Origin: Candidatus Omnitrophota bacterium
GTDB taxonomy: Bacteria; Ratteibacteria; UBA8468; MWAK01
NCBI GenBank assembly: GCA_043826355.1
Contig: JBDRQI010000012.1
Coordinates: forward strand, 1 to 64,000
DNA: 64,000 bases
Direction: 5' to 3'
The notes below the pieces were generated by a model. The model was not told the DNA's origin, searched no databases, and was given only the letters and a program-made list of their open reading frames with translations. The translations under genes and the position numbers were made by a program. Every line of letters begins with the position of its first letter. Position 1 is the first letter of the stretch. Below are positions 38,645-46,935 of the stretch, in pieces.

Positions 38645-40861
38645 TTACCTGTTCAGCCGCTGGTAAAGATACCACAACAGCCACGCCCAGCGCCCGGAAT
38701 GTTTTTTTTCTGCCTTGCTTAAAACTTTTTTTACATAATCTAAATCAGCCGGCGTTATTTTTTTCTTTTCCAGCAGCCCGATATATTTTTTCACTTCTTC
38801 TTTGGGGCCGATTAGGGACGCAAGGTGGGTTTTTTCAAATTCCGCCCAACTCATATCAGGATTATCGGAAAAACGGGATATGGAAAGGTAATTGATTTCG
38901 TTTACCGCGTACAGGTCCGAGGGCTCGCTGAATACCGTGAAGCCGTCCAGGCCCGATTCCGCTATTTTCCTGATGATTTGCGCATATTGCCTGCCGACAA
39001 AGAGGTGCCTTCCGGCGTCGTTCCATTGCGAACCGATATGAGTGCGTATGACTTTATCGTGGGGCGGTAGAAGAGCGGTAAGTTCCGGGGTCATCTCTTT
39101 CAGGAACCGGTCAAGATAAGCTCTGTTTATGCAGAACTGGAGGATAGATTGCGGGGGGAGCGCTTTGAGGCCCGAATGCGCTTTGGGGTCAAGCACGTTA
39201 TCGAAATAACACTCGCACAGGGGGAGAATATCAGGCTTAATCGAAAGCGCAGTATTGATAAGCGGCGGCAGGAGTTCTGCCATATCTTCGGCTGACCAGA
39301 TGTTTTTGCGGCTGGATTTCCGGCTGCAATCCTCACAACTGCAAATCCCGTAATCACCTGTCTCGAAATTTATCCCGCCGATGTCGAATGTCTGGCAGAG
39401 CCAACTTACGGCGTCTTTCATCCACTGCCTGTTTTCTTTCTTTGAAGGGCAGGCTATTTTAAGGTAAGGATTTTCGCTATACATGTGTGGATAGTCATAC
39501 CAAAAGGAGTTCTTTTGACGTACTGCTTCAAGGCGGGGGTGTTTTTTAAGCCAGTTAAGAAGATTGAACTCGTGGTTCCCTTCCCAGTAGACCCCGCCGT
39601 AGGAGTTGACTCCGATTCCCGGGATGATTCGAACGTTCTTCTGTCTGCCGTACCTGCAGATTTCTTTCGCCGCGTCCACTCCACCGTGAATATCGCGCAG
39701 GAAACCGTAAATGGTTATGCCCGTAAAATTATTGCGCGCGGAGAAATCAATCAGGCGTTTGTAATCCTGGATAAAAACCTCTGGGCCCTTGAGATACGGA
39801 TTGGCGCAACCGGATTCCTGAATACCGAACGCAAGAGGAACCCAGTCCATGCTGTGGTCCCACGTCCAGAATAAACGATGTTTAACCGTTTTTTTATCGA
39901 CGCCGGCAGTTAAATCTTTTTTCTTCATTTTACCTTTCGTTTTTCTTTCGGCAAAACAATTCGCTATCTTTTTCCTTGTAAGAAAAGATTCTACCGGAAA
40001 AAGGTTTTTCAGGCAGTTTACGTCTTTTTTCAGAACTTCTTTTCGTACGGCCGGTTCAAACTTGCCCAGGCTTTCATCTTCTATCGTCAGCGGTCCGTTG
40101 TAACCAGCTTCTTTTAATATCCGGATTACCTTACCGTGGTCAATGTCACCCTCGTAGATCGGGCTGACATATTTTCCGTATTCCCAGCCGATTTCCCGCT
40201 TTTGGTTTCTTGTCTCCTCCGGATACCGAATATTTTTTACGTGGGTATGTTTGGTGTATTTAGCCACGAATTCCAGTATTTCATAAACCTTGTCCAGCGG
40301 GTTGCCGTACCAGTAAAAATTGCCGGTATCCATATTTACGCCCAGCCGGCTGTCTCCGACCCTTTCAATGACCTCTTTCAGGAACGCCGGGTCATTGCCC
40401 TGGACGCCGTGGTTTTCGATGCCGAGCTGAACGCGGCTCCCTTCTGTTTCCAGGATAATTTTTTTCATGCACTCAACGAAACGGTTGATTCTGATTTCAA
40501 AGGATTCTTCCTGTTCGCCTTTTGTGATGGCGTCAATTCTGATTGCCGGAATCTGCAATTTATCGGCTGTTTTCACCACGTCGATTACCCAATTTATCTC
40601 GCCAACCTGGTCCGCGCAATTAAAATTATTATGCAGCAGAAAGGCGCATATTTTGATTTCGGCTGAACCGAATGCGCCGGCAATAACCGGGGCGGCGTTG
40701 TCTCCGGTCAGTTGCAGTTTTTCCCAGGAACCGGATTTATATACCGTGTAATCCCGGAAAAATTCCACCTCTACGCTGTTAAGGCCCAGGTTTTTTAATC
40801 CTTCCGCAATGCTGTTGTATCCGGCCGCCTTCAAGATGTCCTCTCTGATTGAAACGTACAT
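38645..40861 (-). CDS. Fusion of a sugar-phosphate isomerase/epimerase TIM barrel with an uncharacterised GH-like domain
   Basis: N-half: IENHG, NMDTGN, HTHVKN, LTIEDES; C-half: RLFWTWDH, GFLRD.HGG, IACPS, GINFETGD. Confidence 0.75.
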   Translation of the reverse strand: MYVSIREDILKAAGYNSIAEGLKNLGLNSVEVEFFRDYTVYKSGSWEKLQLTGDNAAPVIAGAFGSAEIKICAFLLHNNFNCADQVGEINWVIDVVKTADKLQIPAIRIDAITKGEQEESFEIRINRFVECMKKIILETEGSRVQLGIENHGVQGNDPAFLKEVIERVGDSRLGVNMDTGNFYWYGNPLDKVYEILEFVAKYTKHTHVKNIRYPEETRNQKREIGWEYGKYVSPIYEGDIDHGKVIRILKEAGYNGPLTIEDESLGKFEPAVRKEVLKKDVNCLKNLFPVESFLTRKKIANCFAERKTKGKMKKKDLTAGVDKKTVKHRLFWTWDHSMDWVPLAFGIQESGCANPYLKGPEVFIQDYKRLIDFSARNNFTGITIYGFLRDIHGGVDAAKEICRYGRQKNVRIIPGIGVNSYGGVYWEGNHEFNLLNWLKKHPRLEAVRQKNSFWYDYPHMYSENPYLKIACPSKKENRQWMKDAVSWLCQTFDIGGINFETGDYGICSCEDCSRKSSRKNIWSAEDMAELLPPLINTALSIKPDILPLCECYFDNVLDPKAHSGLKALPPQSILQFCINRAYLDRFLKEMTPELTALLPPHDKVIRTHIGSQWNDAGRHLFVGRQYAQIIRKIAESGLDGFTVFSEPSDLYAVNEINYLSISRFSDNPDMSWAEFEKTHLASLIGPKEEVKKYIGLLEKKKITPADLDYVKKVLSKAEKKHSGRWAWLLWYLYQRLNR

Positions 40862-40880
40862 TTTTCCTCCGGTTTTTTTT

Positions 40881-40905
40881 GGGGGGGGGTGTAACCCTCC
40901 CCTAC
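40881..40905. repeat. Single GTAG-tagged REP (family A)
   Basis: gggggggggtgtaaccctcccCTAC; matches the right arms at 43678 and in valS. Confidence 0.8.
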
Positions 40906-40926
40906 GTTATCGTGATTATGGAAAGT

Positions 40927-41718
40927 TTATTCGGTTGTATCTTCCTGGGGAATGGCCAGAATCTGCCCCTTTTTTACTTCGCTCTCTTCCGGCATCAGGT
41001 TTGCTTCCCGAATCTCTTCCGGGGCAAGACCGTATTGTTGGGCGATTATTTCCAGGGTTTCGCCTTCCTTGACCGTGTAGAAGTTGAGTTCGCCTTCAAT
41101 GATTGGCTTAGGTTCAATCAGGGGAGGCGTATTCGGATAAGTCGCGGAGCGGGGTTTTATTGCGACTTTACGCGTCCGGATGAGCAGCCGCTGGCCGGGT
41201 TGCACCACGGTGCTTTTCAAGCGGTTGAGTTGTATCAGATTTTTGACGGTGGTATGGCTGCGGGCGGCAATTTTGGAAAGGTTGTCGCCTTTCCGGACTG
41301 TATAGTAATCTCTGCGAATAGTATAATTTTTACTTTCGGCTGTGCTTTGTGTCGGTCTAATCTGAAGTTTTTGGCCAACGTAAATATGGTCTTTTTTTAA
41401 TCCGTTCCAGGCCTTTAACCGGCTGACGCTCGTCCCGTATTTAGCGGCAATTTTAGTGAGCGTATCGCCGCTTTTGACCCGATAGGTTTCCGCCTGGGCG
41501 GATCCGATTTGGTTAATCTGAAGTTTTTGGCCGACGTAAATACGATCGTTTTTTAATCCGTTCCAGGCCTTTAACCGGCTGACGCTTACCCCGTGTTTGG
41601 CGGCAATATTGCCGAGCGTATCGCCGCTTTTGACCCGATAGGTTTCCGCCTGGGCGGATCCGGCCCAGAAAACGATGGCCAGAAAGAGGCCTATTTTAAT
41701 TATGATTTTAAACATCAT
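40927..41718 (-). CDS. Secreted protein with four LysM domains
   Basis: Signal peptide; YRVKSGDTL..IA.K.G.SV..LK.WN x2, YTVRKGDNL, YTVKEGETL. Confidence 0.92.
   Translation of the reverse strand: MMFKIIIKIGLFLAIVFWAGSAQAETYRVKSGDTLGNIAAKHGVSVSRLKAWNGLKNDRIYVGQKLQINQIGSAQAETYRVKSGDTLTKIAAKYGTSVSRLKAWNGLKKDHIYVGQKLQIRPTQSTAESKNYTIRRDYYTVRKGDNLSKIAARSHTTVKNLIQLNRLKSTVVQPGQRLLIRTRKVAIKPRSATYPNTPPLIEPKPIIEGELNFYTVKEGETLEIIAQQYGLAPEEIREANLMPEESEVKKGQILAIPQEDTTE
41358..41662. repeat. Recent 156-nt tandem duplication of the first LysM unit
   Basis: 41358-41506 and 41514-41662 are near-identical at DNA level. Confidence 0.9.
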
Positions 41719-41724
41719 TGCCCC

Positions 41725-42384
41725 CTACTTATTCTCCCGGATTTTCTTTATTTCTTCCTGCAGGCGCTTCAGTTCTTCGTGAAGATTGGAACATTCTTTA
41801 AAGAGAATGCGCAGTGGTTCGGCAAACGGGTCCGGCAGTTTGCCGTGTTCCAGGTCAAAGCCAATCTTGCGGTGTTCTTCCACAATCCGGCCGGGGATGC
41901 CCACCACGGTGGCGCCCGGCGGCACATCCTTGACTACCACCGAGCCGGCGCCGACCATCGCGCCGTCGCCCAGGGTAATCGGACCCAGGACTTTTGCGCC
42001 GGTTCCGACCAGGACGTTGTTGCCCAGGGTCGGATGCCGTTTCTTCTTTTCCAGGGAAGTGCCGCCCAGGACAACACCCTGGTAGAGGAGGACGTCATTT
42101 CCGATTTCGGTTGTTTCCCCGATGACTACGCCCATTCCGTGGTCGATAAAAAACCGCCGGCCAATTGTGGCTCCGGGGTGAATTTCAATGCCGGTGAGAA
42201 AACGGTTGAAGTGTGAGATGAACCGGCCGAAGGTCCTGGAGCCGGTGCGCCAGAAGAAGTGGGCGGCGCGGTGCAGCCAGAGAGCGTGGAGGCCCGGGTA
42301 GCAGAGCAGGACCTCAACGATGTTGCGGGCAGCCGGGTCCCGGCTGAAAATACCACGTATATCTTCCCTGATTGTGCGGAACAT
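41725..42384 (-). CDS. cysE: Serine O-acetyltransferase
   Basis: [44 protein letters not shown]. Confidence 0.95.
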   Translation of the reverse strand: MFRTIREDIRGIFSRDPAARNIVEVLLCYPGLHALWLHRAAHFFWRTGSRTFGRFISHFNRFLTGIEIHPGATIGRRFFIDHGMGVVIGETTEIGNDVLLYQGVVLGGTSLEKKKRHPTLGNNVLVGTGAKVLGPITLGDGAMVGAGSVVVKDVPPGATVVGIPGRIVEEHRKIGFDLEHGKLPDPFAEPLRILFKECSNLHEELKRLQEEIKKIRENK

Positions 42385-42403
42385 GTAATCAATCAACAAC
42401 TTT

Positions 42404-42493
42404 TAATGCAAAATTCAAATTGTAAATTTCAAATTGTATAATTAAGGAATACAAAGAACCAATTTTACATTTTGCAATCTGCAATCGGCAATT
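42404..42493. repeat. Two opposed arrays of degenerate 7-mers
   Basis: taatgca aaattca aattgta aatttca aattgta ... ccaattt tacattt tgcaatc tgcaatc ggcaatt. Confidence 0.65.
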
Positions 42494-43664
42494 ACGGCGT
42501 TAAGCTGTTAATTACTTCCTGTAACTTTTGCAAAAATTGGGCGCTGTACGAACCGTCAATGACCCGATGGTCGCAGGCCAGGGTTATTTCCAAAAGCGGT
42601 AAAACTTTCGGGCTGCCGTTGACCGCAACCACACCGTCCTTGATGGCAGATACGCCCATAATCACCACCTGGGGCTGGTAGATTATCGGGTAGAAGGAGT
42701 CTATACCGTAAATGCCAAGGTTGGAGAGGGTGAAGGTGCCGCCCTCAAGGTCTTCCCTGGGTATTTTGTTGTCTCGGACCGCTGCGACCAGCCGTTTCCG
42801 TTCCGCCGTAATCTCCCTGCAGGTTTTCCGGTTGACTGATTTCAGGGTGGGTACGATTAATCCTTCGGTTCTGGCAACCGCCAATCCCAGGTTGATTTCC
42901 GGGTGGATAGTCAGTTCCTTGTTTTCATAGGTGGCGTTCATCTCCGGGAATTCGCCCAGGGTTTCCGCCACCGCTTTAATCAGGACGTCGGTATAGGTAA
43001 CGTCCGGGTCTTTATCTTTCAGGCGCGTTCTGATTGTTTTCAGATTGGTTGCGTCTATTACCTTGCGCAGATAGTAATGGGGAATTTCCGCCTTGCTCTT
43101 GCTCAACCGGTCCGCGATAATCTGGCGCAGGGGCGACAATTTCTGTTTTCTGGTTCCCGAAATTTCCGGTTTCGCCTCTTCTTTTCCCGGCGCAGCCGCC
43201 AGCACGTCCTCTTCGGTAATCCGGCCGTTGGGCCCGGTTCCGCTAACCGAACCCAGTTCGATTCCCATTTCCCGGGCGCGTTTTTTGGCGAGAGGTGAGG
43301 CGATAATTTGGCCGGTCCCCCTCACCTCACCTCTCGCCGCTGGGGAGAGGGATGGAGAAAACGGGGCAGAAGGGGATACAGGTGCAGGTTGGGGGGCGGT
43401 TACGGCCGGAAGCGGTTCGTCCATCGAATCGCTCAGGTAACCGACTACCGAGGTAACCGGTATCGCCTTATCGCTGGCCGGGACCAGAATTTTGCGCAGG
43501 AATCCGGAGTGTATTGATTCCACTTCAAAGTTGGTCTTGTCGCTCATTACCTCAAAGACCGGTTCACCCTTTTCCACTTTCTGGCCTTCTTCTTTAAACC
43601 ACTTGGACAGGTACCCCTCTTCCATCGTTTCGCCCAGTTTGGGCATGATTATTTCTCTGACCAT
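42492..43664 (-). CDS. Dihydrolipoamide acyltransferase (E2) of an acetoin/2-oxoacid dehydrogenase complex
   Basis: MPKLG.TMEEG, EV.SDK lipoyl Lys, ASPLAKK.A.E.G...GTGP.GRI, GGTFTLSNLG, DHRVIDG. Confidence 0.93.
   Translation of the reverse strand: MVREIIMPKLGETMEEGYLSKWFKEEGQKVEKGEPVFEVMSDKTNFEVESIHSGFLRKILVPASDKAIPVTSVVGYLSDSMDEPLPAVTAPQPAPVSPSAPFSPSLSPAARGEVRGTGQIIASPLAKKRAREMGIELGSVSGTGPNGRITEEDVLAAAPGKEEAKPEISGTRKQKLSPLRQIIADRLSKSKAEIPHYYLRKVIDATNLKTIRTRLKDKDPDVTYTDVLIKAVAETLGEFPEMNATYENKELTIHPEINLGLAVARTEGLIVPTLKSVNRKTCREITAERKRLVAAVRDNKIPREDLEGGTFTLSNLGIYGIDSFYPIIYQPQVVIMGVSAIKDGVVAVNGSPKVLPLLEITLACDHRVIDGSYSAQFLQKLQEVINSLTP
43317..43352. repeat. Family C element in frame in the E2 linker
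   Basis: ccccctcacctcacctctcgccgctggggagaggga; encodes about SLSPAARGEVRG. Confidence 0.8.
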
Positions 43665-43677
43665 ATTTTACCTCACC

Positions 43678-43703
43678 GGGAGGGGATGCAACCCCTCCCC
43701 TAC
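43678..43703. repeat. Single GTAG-tagged REP (family A); supplies the E1-beta TAG stop
   Basis: gggaggggatgcaacccctcccCTAC. Confidence 0.88.
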
Positions 43704-44674
43704 ACCACAAGGGATTTTATCTCCCGATATATACGGTCGGCGTCGGGAATCGCCAATTTTTCCAGGACCGGACTCTTGGGCATCGGTACGTCTGCGCCCG
43801 CGATGCGCAGAACCGGCGCATCAAGATAGTCAAAACAGCTTTCCATAATCTGCATACCGATTTCCGCGCCGGTACCGCCGGTCTTGGTGTCTTCTTCCAC
43901 AATTATTGCCCGGTGGGTTTTCCGGATTGATTCGGCAATCGTCTCCATATCCAGAGGCAGGAGTGTGCGCGGGTCTATCACTTCAACCGCAATCCCTTCT
44001 TCCGCCAATCTTTTGGCCGCTTCAAGGGTGGAGTAGAGCATTCGGGAATAGGCGATTACGGTTGCATCCTTTCCGGGGAGTTTCACGTCCGCCTTGCTGA
44101 TTGGCAACAGGTATTCGCCTTCCGGAACCGGACCTTTAACGTTGTAGAGCATCTTATGTTCAATAAAGAGAATTGGATTATCTTCCCGGATTGAGGATTT
44201 GAGCAGCCCCTTGGCGTCGGCCGGCGTTGCCGGCATGACGACCTTTAGGCCCGGGACGTGCAGGAACCATGATTCCAGACTCTGGGAATGGTGTGCGCCC
44301 AGAGTTCGGCCGGCGCCGCCCTCGGTCCGGATGACAAGCGGGACCCTGGTCTTGCCGCCGAACATGTAGCGGATTTTGGCAACCTGGTTGCCGATCTGTT
44401 CCAGACAGATACCCATAAAATCTATGTACATAATCTCCACGACCGGACGCATACCGGTGATGGCCGCGCCCAGTCCGGCGCCGATAATGGCCGCTTCCGA
44501 AATGGCGGTGTCGCGCACCCGTTTCTCGCCGAACTTTTGCATCAGGTTCATCGTTACGCCGTAAGCGCCCCCGTAAACGGCGACATCTTCGCCCATCAGG
44601 AAGACGCTCTGGTCCCGCTCCATCTCTTCGCTCAACGCTTCATTCAGTGCCTGTCGGTAGGTAATTTCACGCAT
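43700..44674 (-). CDS. ThDP-dependent dehydrogenase E1 beta subunit (AcoB/PdhB-like)
   Basis: GEDV..YGG, DTAISE, RPVVEIM..DF, HHSQ, PGLKVV.P, EHK.LY. Confidence 0.93.
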   Translation of the reverse strand: MREITYRQALNEALSEEMERDQSVFLMGEDVAVYGGAYGVTMNLMQKFGEKRVRDTAISEAAIIGAGLGAAITGMRPVVEIMYIDFMGICLEQIGNQVAKIRYMFGGKTRVPLVIRTEGGAGRTLGAHHSQSLESWFLHVPGLKVVMPATPADAKGLLKSSIREDNPILFIEHKMLYNVKGPVPEGEYLLPISKADVKLPGKDATVIAYSRMLYSTLEAAKRLAEEGIAVEVIDPRTLLPLDMETIAESIRKTHRAIIVEEDTKTGGTGAEIGMQIMESCFDYLDAPVLRIAGADVPMPKSPVLEKLAIPDADRIYREIKSLVV

Positions 44675-44701
44675 TTATTTACTCCTTTACCCCTCGCTTT
44701 G

Positions 44702-44739
44702 TCTCTCCCTTCAGGGGAGAGGATTTAAGGTGAGGGGGA
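44702..44739. repeat. Family C element encoding the E1-alpha C-terminus and TAA stop
   Basis: tctctcccttcaggggagaggatttaaggtgaggggga. Confidence 0.82.
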
Positions 44740-45702
44740 TTCACAATACACATCTTTGTAGAGTTCCTCCGGTTTCGGGTCCGGGCTCTTGATGGCAAAG
44801 TCAACCGCCGCTTCCAGTTCCGCGGTTACCTCTTTTTCCAGGTCCGCCACCTCTTTTTCGGTCAGGATTTTTTGTTCCTGTATCTTTTGTCCGAACGCCT
44901 TGATGCAGTCCCGGCCGCGCCATAATTTTTCTTCTTCCCTGGTCCGGTAGGCGCGCGGGTCGCTGCGGGAATGGCCGTAATAGCGGTAAGTATTGCAGAC
45001 GATGAGAGCCGGGCCGCCGCCTTTCCGGGCCGCCGCCGCGTACTTTGCCACCGCATCTTTCACTGCCAGGACGTCCATTCCGTCGCAGCATTCCGCCGGC
45101 ATGTTATAAGGCACCGCTTTCTTGGTCAGGTCGTTCACCGCGCAGGCGCGTTCTACCGAAACGGACATCCCGTAAAGATTATTTTCACAGATAAAGACAA
45201 CCGGTAGTTTCCATTTGCCGGCCATGTTCAGCGATTCGTGAAAGAGGCCGGTGTTGGTTGCGCCGTCTCCGAAGAAACAAAGGACGACCTGGTCGGTGCC
45301 GCGCAATTGGATGGAAAGCCCGGCGCCGGCCGCGATGCCGATGCTGCCGCCCACGATGCCGTTGGCGCCCAGGTTTCCTTTGGAGACGTCGGCCAGGTGC
45401 AGGGAACCGCCCTTGCCCTTGCAGACGCCGGTTTCTTTACCCAGGATTTCCGCCATTAATTCCGGCAGAGAGCCGCCCTTGGCGATGGCGTGCCCGTGGC
45501 CGCGGTGCGTGCTGGTGATATAATCGTCTTCGCGAATGGCTGCCATCGCCCCGACCGCGCAGGCCTCTTCGCCGGCGTAGAGGTGCGAGCCGCCTTCCGC
45601 GATATTACGCGCCATGAGGTCCATAATGGCGTCTTCAAATTGCCTGATTTGCATCATCTGTTTTAGCAGATGCCTCGCTTCATCTCTGGTTATCTTAGCC
45701 AT
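44725..45702 (-). CDS. ThDP-dependent dehydrogenase E1 alpha subunit (AcoA/PdhA-like)
   Basis: HLYAGEEA, STHRGHGH, GKGGSLH, GANGIVG, FGDGA...ENN ThDP motif, TYRYYGHS.SD. Confidence 0.93.
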   Translation of the reverse strand: MAKITRDEARHLLKQMMQIRQFEDAIMDLMARNIAEGGSHLYAGEEACAVGAMAAIREDDYITSTHRGHGHAIAKGGSLPELMAEILGKETGVCKGKGGSLHLADVSKGNLGANGIVGGSIGIAAGAGLSIQLRGTDQVVLCFFGDGATNTGLFHESLNMAGKWKLPVVFICENNLYGMSVSVERACAVNDLTKKAVPYNMPAECCDGMDVLAVKDAVAKYAAAARKGGGPALIVCNTYRYYGHSRSDPRAYRTREEEKLWRGRDCIKAFGQKIQEQKILTEKEVADLEKEVTAELEAAVDFAIKSPDPKPEELYKDVYCESPSP

Positions 45703-45713
45703 AATTTTTTGAA

Positions 45714-45818
45714 TGTCATTCCCGAATGTTTAAATCGGGAATCTAACTCCTATAAGATTTGGATTCCCGCTTACTCGCCTGGGCGGCGAAGCCTGACCGG
45801 CTATCCGCGGGAATGACA
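45714..45818. repeat. TGTC-tagged doublet (GTCATTCCCG subtype) with extra sequence in the right loop
   Basis: tgtcattcccga....tcgggaatc...ggattcccgc-[36 nt]-gcgggaatgaca. Confidence 0.85.
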
Positions 45819-45840
45819 GCTTTACATTTAATGACACCAC

Positions 45841-46878
45841 CTAAGGTTTTACGATCACTTTTAGTCCCCGGCAGCTTTCGGCGGCTGTCAGCGCTTCTTT
45901 GATTTCCGTCAGGGGGAAAACGCTGGTTATGTAATCTTTGCCGTTCATTGCGCCGGATGCCAGAATTTTCAACGCTATTTTATTATGGCGGGGCGCGGAA
46001 CCATGCGTGCCAACCACTTTCAGTTCACCGTAATGGATGAGGTTGGTGTCCAGGTTGACGGTGGGCTGGGTCTTGGGCAGGCCCCCGAAGAAATTAACCG
46101 AGCCGCGCTTGGCAGCCATTTCCAGCGCCTGAATTTGTGCCTGGCCGGAACCGGCGGCCACGATTACGTGGTCCGCGAGCCGGCCTCCGTTCTCTTTTTT
46201 GATAACTTCAGCCAAATTTTCTTTAGTCGGATTAACAAATCGGTCCGCACCGGTAAATTCAGCCATCTTCAGCCGGTCCTCGTCTACGTCGGAGATGATG
46301 AGGGGCGAAGCGCCTTTGACCCGGGCTAATTGGGCGTGTATGCAGCCCATCGGTCCGGCGCCGATTACCAGAACCGAATCTCCGAGTCCGACCCCGCTGA
46401 GTTCCTGTCCGTTGATGCAGCAGGCGATGGGTTCAGCCAGAGCCGCTTCTTCGTAAGGGAGTCCCGAAGGGATTTTATTCACGCAGTCGTTTGCCAGGAC
46501 CCGCTCCGGTATCAGGATGTATTCGGCGAATCCGCCATCGTAATGGTAGCCGATTGCCTTCAGGTTATCGCACATCGCCTGAACACCCAACCGGCAGTAG
46601 TAGCATTTGCCGCAGGGAATGGCCGCAGCCACCTGGACCCGGTCGCCGGCGGAAAAGCCGGAGACGCCTTCCCCCATTTCCTTTACTTCTCCGGATAGTT
46701 CGTGTCCGGTAATACGGGGAAATTGAATGAGCCGGTGGCCGTAATGATAAACTTTGACGTCGGTTCCGCAGACTGCGCAGGTCTTAACCTGCAGCAGTAA
46801 TTCTCCTTTACCGGCTTTCGGCTGCGGAAACTCGCCGTAGACCAGGTCCTCAACCCCCCGAACCATCGCCGCTTTCAT
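45841..46878 (-). CDS. Zn-dependent alcohol/polyol dehydrogenase (sorbitol-dehydrogenase-like MDR)
   Basis: CGTD, GHE.SG, CGKCYYC.......C, EP.AC, IGAGPMG. Confidence 0.92.
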   Translation of the reverse strand: MKAAMVRGVEDLVYGEFPQPKAGKGELLLQVKTCAVCGTDVKVYHYGHRLIQFPRITGHELSGEVKEMGEGVSGFSAGDRVQVAAAIPCGKCYYCRLGVQAMCDNLKAIGYHYDGGFAEYILIPERVLANDCVNKIPSGLPYEEAALAEPIACCINGQELSGVGLGDSVLVIGAGPMGCIHAQLARVKGASPLIISDVDEDRLKMAEFTGADRFVNPTKENLAEVIKKENGGRLADHVIVAAGSGQAQIQALEMAAKRGSVNFFGGLPKTQPTVNLDTNLIHYGELKVVGTHGSAPRHNKIALKILASGAMNGKDYITSVFPLTEIKEALTAAESCRGLKVIVKP

Positions 46879-46886
46879 AATTTTTT

Positions 46887-46935
46887 GTAGGGGTCGGATA
46901 AATCTGACCCGCGGACGCGATAAATCGCGCCCTAC
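46887..46935. repeat. GTAG-tagged REP doublet (family A); supplies the mtlD TAG stop
   Basis: GTAGgggtcggataaatctgaccc-gc-ggacgcgataaatcgcgccCTAC. Confidence 0.92.

Noticed and set aside
41489..41658. tccgcctgggcgga mini-palindromes in the LysM gene as mobile repeats
   Set aside because: They encode the functional SAQAE signal-cleavage region, and the second copy is explained by the tandem duplication.
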